Position numbers and translations under genes: made by a program. From contig JAYWIR010000021.1 in the NCBI GenBank assembly GCA_036172245.1, positions 2,976,001 through 3,040,000 on the forward strand: a stretch of 64,000 nucleotides of DNA. The letters are read 5' to 3'. The notes under the pieces are model-generated. The model searched no databases. It was not told the origin of the DNA and saw only the letters and a program-made list of their open reading frames with translations. The DNA is from Raillietiella orientalis (taxonomy: Eukaryota). Position 1 is the stretch's first letter; each line of letters begins with the position of its first letter. Of the stretch, positions 11,896 through 24,482 are shown in pieces.

Positions 11896-14800
11896 TCAGA
11901 CGTTGTTCTTGATGCTCTCCATTTCCGGCTGGGGCTGCACAACCACGCTGTTGCGCAGCTCGCGGCAGTAGGCGATCACGACGACGATGAAGTACACGTT
12001 GAGCCATGTCGTCAGCAGGACGAGCACCGAGAAGCCGATGGCGGCGGAGGAGATGGGCAGCCGCGCCAGTACGATGACGGCAGTGGCAAAAGACGCTACC
12101 TCCCGGAGGCAAGACCACACCACCCACGGGATCAGGAGGATCGCGATTTTCTGAGAGCTTCCTCGTGACACAGAAGTCCCCTCCCCTCCCGTTCCAAGGA
12201 GGGGAGGAGAACAGTAGGAGTATACTCACCCGGTACAGACCGATCATCAGGTAGATGCTGACCACACACAGGATGGCGCTGATCGTCAGGAATCCTGTCG
12301 AGAAACCCTGCGCCTCTGCAACGAAACAACAAGAGTTTTCCTCCTTTCTTTGCTGGGGGTCATTTGGGTCCCGAGGACACCGGAGGTTGGGCCTGACCCT
12401 TTCCTTCTACGCAAACCGGAGGATGAAGGGAGGAACCCTTCACTTGCGGAGGAGAATGGAAATTCCGGAGGGCAGAGAGTTAAAAGGAAAAAGGGAGGAT
12501 TCAGGGGTCGAAGGGAGGAAACTAGAAGAGAAGCAGGCAGAAGGGAAAGGTCCCTCGAGAAAAGGAGAGTGTTACCATCTCGCAGAACTGCGTCATAGTT
12601 TCCCAAACTGAAGATCTTCTTCCCTCGAATCACCCCTCTGGAATGAACATCGAGACCTTAAGAAGAGTTCCTCTAAGACACTGCCGGGACCACGGGCAAC
12701 AGGAATCAGGCGGATGCCGGAACGGCTTTGAGAACCGCTGGCAGCGATTACGCTTGGACGATGGAGGGTCCCCGAGAGGCAGTTGGCAGCCAGGATCCAC
12801 GTCCAATTCCGTTTCATCCCTCGCTTACCTACGGAGAACTCTCCCGTCCCGTCTATCACAGAACGCCTTGGGAGCGTCTGGTTTTCCACCGGTGGTCCCT
12901 GAGGAAGGGCGACCATCTCCGGTAGCATCAGCAAAGGAGCAGCTGCTTTCAAGACTGCCAGCGTTCCTCTCGAAAGGTCATCGAAGTTGCTTCGGGCTGC
13001 TCTCTCCAGTGTCCGCATGGGCGTGCTGCTGTGCGCCTATCGAGCTGCGTGGTCTCCAGAGGGTCTCAGAGCAGGATGGTCTCCTCTTTTCACGGTCGCC
13101 TCTGTTCAGGTCCGCTCGTCCACGGGCAGATCCAAGAAGCTTGCAGGCTTTTCTTCCTCTCCGTGACTCCGGAGCCAGGGCAGCAAGATCACCACATTTC
13201 GAAACCGTTTTCGCAGTGGCGCGAGTGGACGGTGAGGCTCCTATCGCTGGAAGCAGCCGCGGGTGGGAAGTCACAGGAAGTCTTTTGCAGAAAGACTCCC
13301 GAGAGTCGCTGAGAGCGCTTCGGTAAGCCGAACCGAGCCCTCCAGAAGAACAAAGCCGGAGGAAAAGAGGAAAAGACAGAAGCATGGTGAATGAAGAGGA
13401 AGGGAGCAGCAGCGAGGAGGAGACTGGGTCTCGCGCCCAGTTTGCCGTCAAGAGCGAAGATCGCCTGGCATGCTGAGCAGCCCCTCCCCCTCTTCTCCCC
13501 TGATCGTACGAGCAAGGTAACGCTCCCTTAGCAGAGGAGCCACTTGAAGGAAAGGGAGAGGGACGGAGAGGACACAGAGAAAATGAACGAACGGGAAATG
13601 GGCAGGTCACGAGGTTCTCCTAGGCGGGGAGGTGAAGGGAGAGTTCCTTGGGGGAGCTGCCCAGTAACCCGTAGCGGGGAGGGTCAGTTGGTGGAAGAAA
13701 AAAAGCAAGGACAACCATCGTTTGCGATGCCTCGGCAAGCGCGACTCGAGTCCGTGAAGCTGCAGAAGGAAGAAGTCGACAATTCTCTCAGAACTTCCAT
13801 GGGTGCGTGTGCACCACGGCAGTCTGAGAACGATTTTGGGCGTGCCAGCTGCTTCGGCCAGGAAATATCCTCACCACCACCACACCTTCCTGCGCAAGAA
13901 CCACGCCTACAAGGGAAGAAGCACGCGGAGACCCTGTAAAAAGGAACAGCGCTTTCCAAGACTGAAAGAATGAAAGAATCTCTGTCTGAAAGAATCGTCC
14001 CTCAAACACGCTCTCTGTGGCTAGGAGTCTGTGTTTACTTGTCAGCTGCTCTCGGGGGGATCCGTCCCGGTGCCGCAAGCCAGGGAGACGAGTCGCAGGT
14101 CCGATTCTGGGACGAACGGTGCCTGTTTCGAGCGGATCACGGAACCCCCCTTCCACCTCTACGTTCGTGAGTTGAACTCGGTCAAGGACATCTGTATCCC
14201 GCTCCAACGGACAGGATGTGGTGTCCTTGCCGGGCAATATGGAAGCGAAGGGCCTCCTGAACGGGATCGATCCTAACAACCTGATCCAGGGCACCCTCTT
14301 CAGTTAGGATGCTGAGGAGACAGCCAGGGGCAACAAGGTATTCCAAAAATTTCCTGGCGTTCGGCGGGATCCCCGTCCATCCGGACGGACGTCCCGTTCC
14401 CCTCATCGGAAGGAAACGGGACCGACTTGGCGTTCTACAGAGGTGAGGTGAGTTCCCAGTGATCGCAGAAGCCTTGGAATTCCAAGATCAGCCGGAAGAT
14501 TTCGCACGCCGGCAGTTGTTCAAAGATCAGCTGCTTCAGGACGAGGATGCAGGTCATTACCTCGAGCGTCGTCTTCGTCTACTCGATCGAGATCCCTCGC
14601 ATGCACGTGGTGAAGACAGGAGACGCGCTCTTGTCGGATCTGGGCAACTGCTCAGCCAGGCTGCATCCTCCTCGACGGGACACTGTACTTTGGACAGCTG
14701 TGACCCGAGGGCTTCAAGATTAATGAAGCACTGGAAGCTTCCCTCCTTAGCGATGCTCCTTCAAGATCACGCGGAAGGGATCTTCGGGAACTCCGTCTTT

Positions 14801-15917
14801 GGTGGTGCCGTGAAATCGGGAATCTTAGAGAACGGAACCCGGAAGTTCACTCTGAAGCACGTTCAGGAAAAACTCTGGACTTCGCCGGCACACTCCCGCG
14901 CACCTTTCCGCGCACATGGGTGAGTCCTCCATCTCTCTGAGGCACGCGGAAGTTTCCGGGTCACAGGTCATAGGAAGGCAGCAGCAGAAAGACAAGGCCG
15001 CATACGACTTCCAGGAGAGGGAACGAGGCCCACTCCGCTCCTCAAGATATCCCGGACTTGCAGCATTTCTCTCTTGGAAAATTTTTACCTTATTCCAGCC
15101 GTTCGTTAATCTCCTCTCGTCCCCTCCCCTTTTTTTCGTTTTCTTTGCTTTCTCTCAAAAATTGACCTACAGTGCAAAAGAGCAGCAGAAGGAAGAGCAG
15201 CTGTCGATCCCGTTAGACTCGCTTATGGCGGACACCCTGACACCGTGGCAGTGTGATGTCATCCCCATCATCATCCTCCCATCGATTCCCCTTCCTGCAA
15301 CCCACAGACCAGGTGCTGCTTTGATCTACAGAGGCGACGGGGCGCGGACAGCGGAACCGAGAAGCAGCTCACCTTCCGCACGCGAAACCGCATGGACCTC
15401 TAGGGTGCGCTTGCTATGGTGACGAGTTTGCCACCTTCGCCACGACGAATGAATTCGTCCCGTCTCAATTAATCAAAGTTCTCACGTCTTCGCGCCAACG
15501 AAATTCCCAGAGAGGACATCGGCTCTCTCGGTGCCTGAAGCAGCAGTCGAACTAGAATGTTCCGGCGAACGCACCAGACGACCAGAAGAAAAATAGATCA
15601 AAGAACAAACATAGGGAAAAAAAAGCCCCTTCCCTGTGTCCCTTCCGTCTTTCAGGAAGGTGCGCTTCCCGCTGGACTTACCGGACAGGTGGTTTTCCTT
15701 AAGCAGATAAATGTTCTTATGGAACAGCTTGGCTACGATGTTTCTGTTGAAGAGGGCGTAAGTCATAACGCACAAAATAATTACGTATGACACAGAGGTC
15801 ACCTAACGAGTGTGTCTCTGGGAACTGTCCACCAGTTTCTCCACTGCTTACCAGGCTGAACCATCCTGCAATGAGAGCCCCGGTCCTCAGGCTCAACCCA
15901 CAGCAGCAGACCCTCAT
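11896..15917 (-). CDS. Four-transmembrane LAPTM/DUF4728-like protein, 175 aa, 4 exons (15917-15852, 15802-15682, 12315-12230, 12150-11896)
   Basis: The exons join in frame across GT-AG introns of 49, 3366 and 79 nt (phases 0, 1, 0). N-terminus MRVCCCGLSLRTGALIAGWFSL (Cys cluster + LRTG); LMIGLYRK..LLIPW; C-terminal NVYFIVVVIAYCRELR; four hydrophobic segments. This layout is typical of invertebrate LAPTM-like tetraspan proteins. The family assignment is from motif recall, not a search. Confidence 0.8.
12766..13209 (-). repeat. Inverted repeat copy B (~445 bp), inside intron 2 of the LAPTM-like gene
   Basis: Reverse complement of 10041-10485; see copy A. Confidence 0.95.
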
Positions 15918-17597
15918 GCGGCAAATTCTTGAGTTGACCGGAGGAGAGAGAGAGAGAAAGCAATAGGTGAATGGTTTGCTTTGTGGCTCCAGACGCAGCA
16001 TGCATAGCCGCCAGTGCCACGGATAGCCGCCGATCCCGGCGGTAGCTGCTTCGGCACCGCGCTCGGATGGCTTGCTGGCTACTGGCGCGTCTACGAGCCC
16101 TGAAAGATGGCAACGAGATGCCATCGGCAGGTTCGGTGGACCCTCTGCAAGCTTCCCAGTCACCTAGTCGATGCTACTAAGGGTCATAGCACAACCGCGA
16201 CGGTCGCTTAGGACATCACAACCTCTAACCCTTATAATGATGGCTTTAAATAACAACCAAGGCAAACCCTTGCTGTCACCATGCAACAGCAACAAAATGT
16301 TCCATAACCATCGAATACCTTCCCACATCTGTAAATTCAACGCCTACATCATGTGTATCCTACGCCTATCCCTCATTGGAGCATTCCTAAGTAACTGGCA
16401 ACATAACCCTCTCACCAACTGACCCGTACACGTCACAATCTCTCCAGTCAATCCCAATCTCAAAGGACTTTAAGGTTTAGAGGCGTAAGGGATCAAATTC
16501 TGGCTTGGGGCCCGTGAGATCTCAATGATACATAAAAACAAACTCAAAGTTCTAATTAAACTCCTAAACTGCCGAACCCAAAATCATGCCTTCCAACAAA
16601 AGGATCGTCTCCGTAGTCACTCATACGCTGACTGTGTTCTCATCAAAATGAAACCAGAAGATGCATTAACAATCATTCCCATGAACGAAATGCGCGGTCG
16701 CCCCATTTCTCCACCCCACCCCCCCCACATGCCTCCACTGATGAGCGATCTATAATGAGTAAGAATCCATCTGCCGAAAAATTGCAACACCTCCCCAATT
16801 GCACGACCCACAAGTCCTCCTGCCACGTTCGCCACCGCGGCCAAATTCAGTCATATCCACTCAACCTGACTCATTAAACTCAAAATGACCGCTCTCGCAA
16901 TGACCACTGATCTCAGGAATTGGATCCACAGCGATGGACTTGAGGAAGCCGCTCTCTGTAAACGGACAAATCAACAAGCAGCGAAAATCGCCATGACCAC
17001 AAAAGGCCTTCCAGCCTCGCCTGCCTCTCCACAACTTTAGGAGTTCAACCCAGGTAAGCAACGAACAAAATCACATCCATTAAAAGCGATGAAGACACTT
17101 ATGAATAAATATGCGCCCTTATAAACATGTATTGTGAAGTATAAACGTTTGCTCTTTCTCAAAACCTTTATTCTGGTGAATCCATCTTGCTGCAAGCATG
17201 GCCACCGAGATTACCTGACCCTCGAAAAATAAATCGAATTGAAAAATAAAACAGCGAACATTAAAACGACCACTAAAAATGTGCAGAAAAAAACTGGATT
17301 CTCTGGTCATGCCTGCCACCTTATTGGCTCCCCCTACTACCTTCTCCTCCACCTTCCTAATCTATCGTTACCAGAAATAGAGTAAAGCAACTAGAATAAA
17401 GCAATAGAGATTGCTAGCGAATCATGGCTCATCCTTATCCTATCCACTACCCTCCAATAGACGCATCTTAGCATTTGCTCCCCTTTACCAGCGGCATAAA
17501 TCTCCAACATGAAGACAGATACCTCAATACACGATGCACGGTGTGCACGAGCTCTGTGCATGGACCTGACCATCCCCTAATCACTATAGCGCCAAAG

Positions 17598-17638
17598 ACT
17601 GCACCGTAACCTCAGCTCGGGTGACGTTACGGTGCAGT
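17598..17638. repeat. Perfect 13-bp inverted repeat (hairpin)
   Basis: ACTGCACCGTAAC (17598-17610) / GTTACGGTGCAGT (17626-17638); extendable inward by TCA/TGA after one mismatch. Confidence 0.85.
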
Positions 17639-20600
17639 ACGGTCAGCACTTGGCGAATTACATCCGGCTCAGAACCTCTGTCTTGAAAGAGGATCTCCTA
17701 GGTGGTCTCATCCTTTGCCACAGCGTTGTCGGAAGTGAGGATGCTCTTCCGGGTTCTCTGCAGAGAAACTGAAAGCCCGACGCAAGCGCCGATTAACGAA
17801 TGCAACTAGTGATTGCCGAGACACTTGCACCTGGAATTCCGTGGAAGGACCAGAGACGGTCGCATGCAAAAGACGGCTCCAGATCGATTGTAATCGGTAC
17901 GCCTCGGACTCCCTCTGGGCGTCAGAATCCTCGATGAAGGCGTTCAGGGGATTCAGGGGGGAGAGAGGAGATCGCAGGAGAAAGAGCACTTTTCTCCCTC
18001 ATGAAACTAGGAACACTGGGAAAGACGATGATGGAGAACTGAAGTCTCCCACTCGTCTCTAAAAAGCGGAAGGGAGGAGGAAAGATAAAGGAAAGAGGAA
18101 AGATAAAGTCCCTCTACTGATGGAGACTCACGCCCACAGGGAGAGACATTTACCATTCCGTACGGGTCGTGGATGTCGTATCTTGATCGTAGGTGCGTAG
18201 GGAAGCCAAGGGAGAATGGTTGCAAGGAAAAAGGGCACATAGGTTTGGGGTCTCCCGGATTTTTGCTCTCACGAGAGGCGCTGACGCTTTCCGTCCAGAG
18301 AGAGTCTCGGCACGAGCCCACCCATGATCAAGATGCACTAAGGGTGGGTTCGCGACACCCGCAATCTTACCGCATCTTGCTTCCTGCCTTCCCTGACCTG
18401 CTCTCTGGCGTGATCCCGAATGTGGATTTTCCCGCAGGAACGCTTTCCCCGTCAGCCGAATTTCCTGAAAAGCTGCAATGATGATCCAGTTCTAACTGGG
18501 GGGATTTACTTCGGCACTCGACAGGAAACCGAAATCCGCTGCTCTCGAGAGAGGGAGCAGCAGCTACGAAAAATTCACGAAGCCCACGAAAATTTCTCCC
18601 GGGCCACTAAGAAGGGATAAAAAGTACTGGTCGACACTTTTAACGCACTTGAATTTGCAGCCTGGCTGCACCAAAGCATCCGAAATTCCTGTTCCCGTCA
18701 CATGGAACGAAATTTGCGACCATTCGTCATCCCTCCAGGCCGCCCAGTGCCGCCAGAACAAACTCCGTCCTTTTTGCTCCTTCCTCCGCTCCTTGTGTAG
18801 ATACCATCAAAATTGTCCCAATCCGCCACTTATCACTATGGATACAGATGATTAATAATTAATTAATAAGTCTCCTTGGGCAGCTTCGATGAACCACAGA
18901 CGCCCAAATCAAAGGAGAACGCCCTGAATAGCACAATCGATTGCAGAGGGAACAGGAAGCGACGTAAGGACGTCCTCAAAGGAAAATCATTCGTTATTTC
19001 ATGATTGCTGTATTTTTTTTTTTTTTTTCTTCATGAATCCTGTTTCTCTGTTAATGGCGCTCCGCTGCTGGATTGCTTCATCCGCCATCACCTCCAAAGT
19101 CGTTCACATGGCTCAAAAGGAAAAGAACTGGATGACAGAGAAAATAAATTCCATACGTGTGCATCCTCCATGATGTGCATTCCACAAGCTTCAGTTACGA
19201 ATTATTCCCTGGAAAGAATACGAATGGGGACAGCGCACTCGCGCTTCCCAGCTGACTGTTTGGATTGAAAACAATTCGACCGAAGCTTCCCTTCTTTTCG
19301 ATTTTTATGTGGGACGTGGCGTGGTGCGTCCTCAGGTTCTGATGTTTCGGGATCAGCTCCCGGCCTTTGGAAAGGCATCCTAATTTCATTACAGTATCAA
19401 GTTCTTCCGAGCGTCCAAGCAAACGTCCACAGCTTTGTTAAGGCGGTAGCTGAAATAACAGCTTCTCTGATGGGAATCGAGCGGGAGCAGCCCAAGAAAG
19501 GCACACTTCTCGGACTTCAGCCGCACACAGGAGCCGCCGCAGCTTTCTCGTAGGGAAAGTAATCTTCCCGGCGTCCTGCACCGACCGTTAAAAAGGAAAC
19601 CACGGAAAAGACACCCGGGGTCACTGCAGCTCATACTCGTGGTTTTGCTGGAGGAGCCGACGGGTGTGCCAGCAACCGCTGTGATGTTGCTGAGAGGTTT
19701 CGGCGCCCATGCCGCCGACCTACATCTGGACGCATTCTATTCCTCCTCGCGCATCCTGCAGTATGGGCAGCACTACGCAGCACCACACGTCGATAAACTG
19801 CGCAGTGCCCTGCGATTGGCATAATTCCCACTTGTCAGAATCCACGTTCCTTGAAACGGACACGATTTCAAGTGCAGCAAATGCACCTGAAATCATGTCC
19901 GTTTTGGTTTGTATTTGAGAGTACTTTAAGAGTACGCCTCAGTTAATTTTGCTTGGCTCATAAAGTACTTTTATAAGTTCGGCACTGCAGCCGCTGCGTC
20001 TCAGTTTGGCCCTGATGGTGTTCAAGAACCAATCAAAAACGGATTAAAAAGCAATTGCGAAACCAAAATTGCCCTCAGACTCACCGCAATCTCAGAATGT
20101 GCTATCTATCTCAGGAAATGAGTCCCGAGTACCGATTTGGATGCAATTTATTAGGAAAATTCTGCTAGATGAAACAGTCTTTGCTCCTCATGCCTTTCGT
20201 TTTGACCCTCCAAATTTGCATCGCGACAGGTGCCCTTGAATAGAAAATTCTGTTCCAGAAATTTCTCTGATGCTTTTAATTGTCCCCAAAACTTCCCACT
20301 CGATGCATTAAGACAGAACAGTGCATAGATGGTAATTGCAAACTCCATTTAGTAAGCAGAATTCCGTTCCTTTTTTTTTTTTTTTTCCTACCGAATAACG
20401 AAGAAAAAAGCTTGAATTTTGTGGCACTCTTGCTTATGACAGTTGCGTTTGGAGAAACCCATTATGGGCAAAATGGAACATAAGCAATGCCGGGAAATAG
20501 ATTTTGGTACAAAATGTTCACCTATTGCTTTTGGTTTTCGTCCGAATTTCAGGCTTTTTGAAAGAAAGAAAAAAAAAGCCCAAACAGATGCTCCACGCCA

Positions 20601-23600
20601 ACGCTGCGACCTTACGCGACAAGAATTCATCCCAAGATGGACTGAGCTCTGGCCCGACATCTGCTGACATTTTTCACAAATACACGGGAAAATCCTCCGA
20701 AGTAGGGAACACCCCCAAAAACAGGAAAAGCAAAAGAACGTTTGTAATTCGGGGTGCATAAACGAGAGCGGCCTGGGCTGAATTTGCAGGAAACCTAAAC
20801 AAACAGCGTGCCTTATGAAACAAAGGAAAGGATTCTGCGGAAACAAGATACGGTCCTAAGATGGAACAAAATGATTAACATTTCTTGAGATTAAAAGTGA
20901 AAAATCACTTGGAATGGCAAACTTACACTGTCTGGAAGGTTAACAAACGAAATGGCATCAACCAGTCTGATGGCTTACAACCGGTGATTTATCACTCGGG
21001 AGCGGATCAGGACAACATGACCGAAAAAGCTTTTTCAGATACAGAATTCATCCTTTAAAAAAACTGAAACGAATTGGCCGGTAGAAGCAGCAGTAAATCG
21101 AATCGAATCATTTCCACTGTATATAAAGTAGACACGTACATTTATTTCCACCATGAATCAAAAACACATGTGCACATAATTTTCGGTCGGTACCAGAAAC
21201 TGCTCACGTCCTATTTATCAGTGGGACGTTCCTCTATTAGGCACATGTTGCTTGTCCTCTGAGGACGTTTACGATCCAAAACCTGCAAGTGTACAGTAAT
21301 TCTGAATACCATTCAGTATTTTTGCATCTGCATGCAGTGAGGTAGAGCTTCCATTAAACCATGAGCTGGAAACACAACTTTCAATCTCCTGAGTTCAAAT
21401 TTTCCGATCCCGGTGGCTCACTGATCTCCGATCGTGCTGGTTTTTCATTTCCTCCTGTTGCTTCGGGAACCTTCAACGGATTACTCCCGAATTTTAGACG
21501 TCCTTTTCGGAATTCAACGCGAAATTTCGGCAATTTGATGCTCTACCCACTGCTGATGGTCCTTTTCTTCCTCGCCTTGCGATTCTTCTTCGATGCCTCC
21601 TTGAACTGTCCGAAATCTAGGAACATTTGCATTTAGAAATCCCTTCTTCCTTATTTAGATTCATGATGGCCTTTTCGATCAGGTTCATCCTTCACTTTGC
21701 ATCCGACGACAACCGCCAACCCATGAAAAAGAAAACCTTGCTGACCATTCTGATAAAACATATAACAGTCCCTCTGGTAAGACGGAGCTCATCGTGGCTT
21801 GCCAATCCACCTCTTAACTCGTTTCCTTTAGTTGTTTGCTCGTCGAGGGCCCCGGAGGACAGCTAATGATGGGCAGCGATCAGGATAATACCTTTCTTTA
21901 GTACTTCCCCTAATTACCCTCAAAATACTTATGGCTTTCTATTATCTATGAACCAAAATGTTGAAATGTTTACACGAACGTTTTCGTGCACAAATCCCAA
22001 GATGACCTCAAATTTCTGGACAGGGGGTATGACTGTCTAATCCCTCTGGATACATTTTCTTTTGTTGTCGTTAATAATCATCTATACCCTTGCCTGCTAT
22101 TGACTTATGAACCTCCAAGGTCCAGCCGTGCCTCTTCTGCGTTTCAAAAATCCACGAAACGCATTTATGTTCATCCCTCGGACTCGTCTTCAAGTTGATA
22201 GATTACGATCAGCGGCGTCCCTAACCTGATTTTCATGGTTTCGTTTTCCTGATACGGTTTCCGCTCGTTTGCACCTTTATTGAACTCCCCTTACTTTCAG
22301 AGTTGGAAGCAGCTGTCCTTGTAACTCTATGTCCTCGTGAGATCGCTGCAACTCGTACAGACAAACAACTGCTGAGATTTCAGAGATTGAACTTCGATGC
22401 CCTTTTCCCATCCTGCCTCCTGCCTGACCATTACACGAAAGTTCGACCTTTGCTTTTCTTCCAAGGGCTTTTCTTTCACGTCAGCCAAAAAAAACGTCCT
22501 TGGACGGGATCACTCTTTTCACTATCGGTCACAAGGAAAACCTAAATATTCAGAATAAGTGTGTACACACTGGTACATTAGCGAAGAGTGAATGTGTAGG
22601 GGAAAAAAAAAAACATATCTATTTCGTGAGTGTAGAAAATCCGACACCACGCCGTGATGCCCAACAGGATTAGAAGGCATATTCAGATCGGCTGATTAAC
22701 ATAATAAACCTGCAAGGACTTTTTTTTTTTTTTTTCCATGAACCCATTTAGAGATTATAGCTTGTAAACATGCAATCACGATAACGCATCTTTTCGAAAA
22801 ACCCATCTAAGATGATCAATATAAGATAAATTTATATTGAAAAATTCGCATCGCTCCCAATGTGAATTGGCGATTGGAGTTGAATGTCTCAATCACATAT
22901 TTACAGTACAGACAGCCGGAAATTCGACTGCCAGCCGATCCGAAGCTGATTACGTACAGTGTCCGTAATTTTCTTCGGGAAAATCAAAACAGGAAGTAAA
23001 GGGGTAATGGGAACACGTAAGACATCCGCAAACATGGAATCCGTAAACCCAGCAGGACAACGACTGGCATGTGAATTGGGGTCGCGTCAGCTTTTTGTGT
23101 TTGTTTCTGTACGTCTACTTTAGGAAACTGGGTCCGAAGCTTTCTTGTACTTCTTGATACCGAATGAAGCTTTAAATTCATCTAATATTAAACATATGAG
23201 GCATGGGAACATATGCCATTCAAGGTTTTTCCATTTTTATCGGCATTCTCTGAGGATGCACAGAAAACGGAGCTTCTACTGCTCGAGGGCAAAATGATCC
23301 TTGAACTTGAAAATCGTTTTGCTGCTTGACCGAAACCTTCACGCCTAATTATGTTCTCATAAATTCCATGTTGTTACGAACTCTTGGTACTAATATAAAT
23401 AACCGTTATGGTTGGGGCAAATTTTATATGGCTCACTTTCAACACTGGTGTAATGCTTAAAGACCAATTGGCCAGGAACCCCTCACGAAACTCTGAATCC
23501 TATTTATTATTTTGCATGAACACAAAATACCCCCCAAAAATACGCATTCGCTCAAATTAAATGTTTTAAACAAGTTTGACCGGAGGTCACAACTCAAGTG

Positions 23601-24482
23601 ATCAATTTTCAAGGTAAACACTTCAAACCACAGGATTTACATTCCTGCAAACATTTTAAAGCTCTTTTCATAAACTTATTTCTGGCACACACAACTTTCC
23701 TTTTCACTAGTTTTACCAGGAAACAAATAGGATGTAATGACACTCTAAAAGGTTTTTGAATTCCCAATTGAAGATGATGAAAGTTCTGTGCTTCATGCGC
23801 AAAAATTCTCAACTTAATGAATGAACTTAAAAAGTGAATTCCTTATTTCCATATTATTGTACGTGGTCAAGCAAGCTGAGCAGCTGCAAAGACCAGATTA
23901 CATATATATCGGTGCAATTTAATACGATGTCAAAAAAGTACTTTCTACCCACTTCTTCAGCATGTTACATTATGGCACCCTTCCACTAAGGTATAGATAT
24001 ATATCCATGAGGATACATACATGTGCACATTTCAGATCTATACAATTTTATGCACTCTCAAGTGAGACAATACAATTTTTTCAGAATTTAATTTTCATAT
24101 AGAATCTGCTAGTGGTATGCTTCTGAACAATAACATTTATTATTCAAAAACTTTTATACAAAACAAATGGATAATTTGATGCATTAACATAAGACTGAGA
24201 AACTGTTCCTAATCAATAAGTACATCTGAAGTAATATTTCATTTCATGTCATGTCCTTAATGGAGGAAAACAATAATTGTGTGCTGAATCTCGATTCTAT
24301 TCTAAGTCACAAAGAAAAAAACATGCATATTAACGTATAACAAGCACACTATGTTATACATGGGCATTTAAACAATTACGAAAAACATGAAGGGGAGCAA
24401 CCTAATGTTCTCCATAAAAAAACATAAGGTTAACTTGCTGACAGAACCATGGAATGTGGTTAGAGAACACAAACATTACTAT

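Noticed and set aside
14150..14215. LYVRELNSVKD...PLQR resembling the gypsy RT motif DYRxLN
   Set aside because: The flanking RT motifs are absent in the frames I read; likely chance.
16255..16640. QGKPLLSP and SYADCVLI resembling the non-LTR RT motifs QGxPLSP and YADD
   Set aside because: The spacing (~120 codons) is far longer than in real RTs, the catalytic second Asp is missing, and stops intervene.
11..22636. Shared 14-mer TTCGTGAGTGTAGA at ~11 and ~22623
   Set aside because: A few 14-mer matches are expected by chance in 64 kb, and the match does not extend.
107..23200. Numerous 60-260-aa ORFs in the GC-rich left part (e.g. 5466-6245, 7608-8183, 9939-10538, 12643-13326, 14459-14923)
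   Set aside because: They overlap on both strands, have Arg/Ser/Pro/Gly-rich composition expected from GC-rich non-coding DNA, mostly use non-ATG starts, and show no recognisable domain or consistent exon chain.
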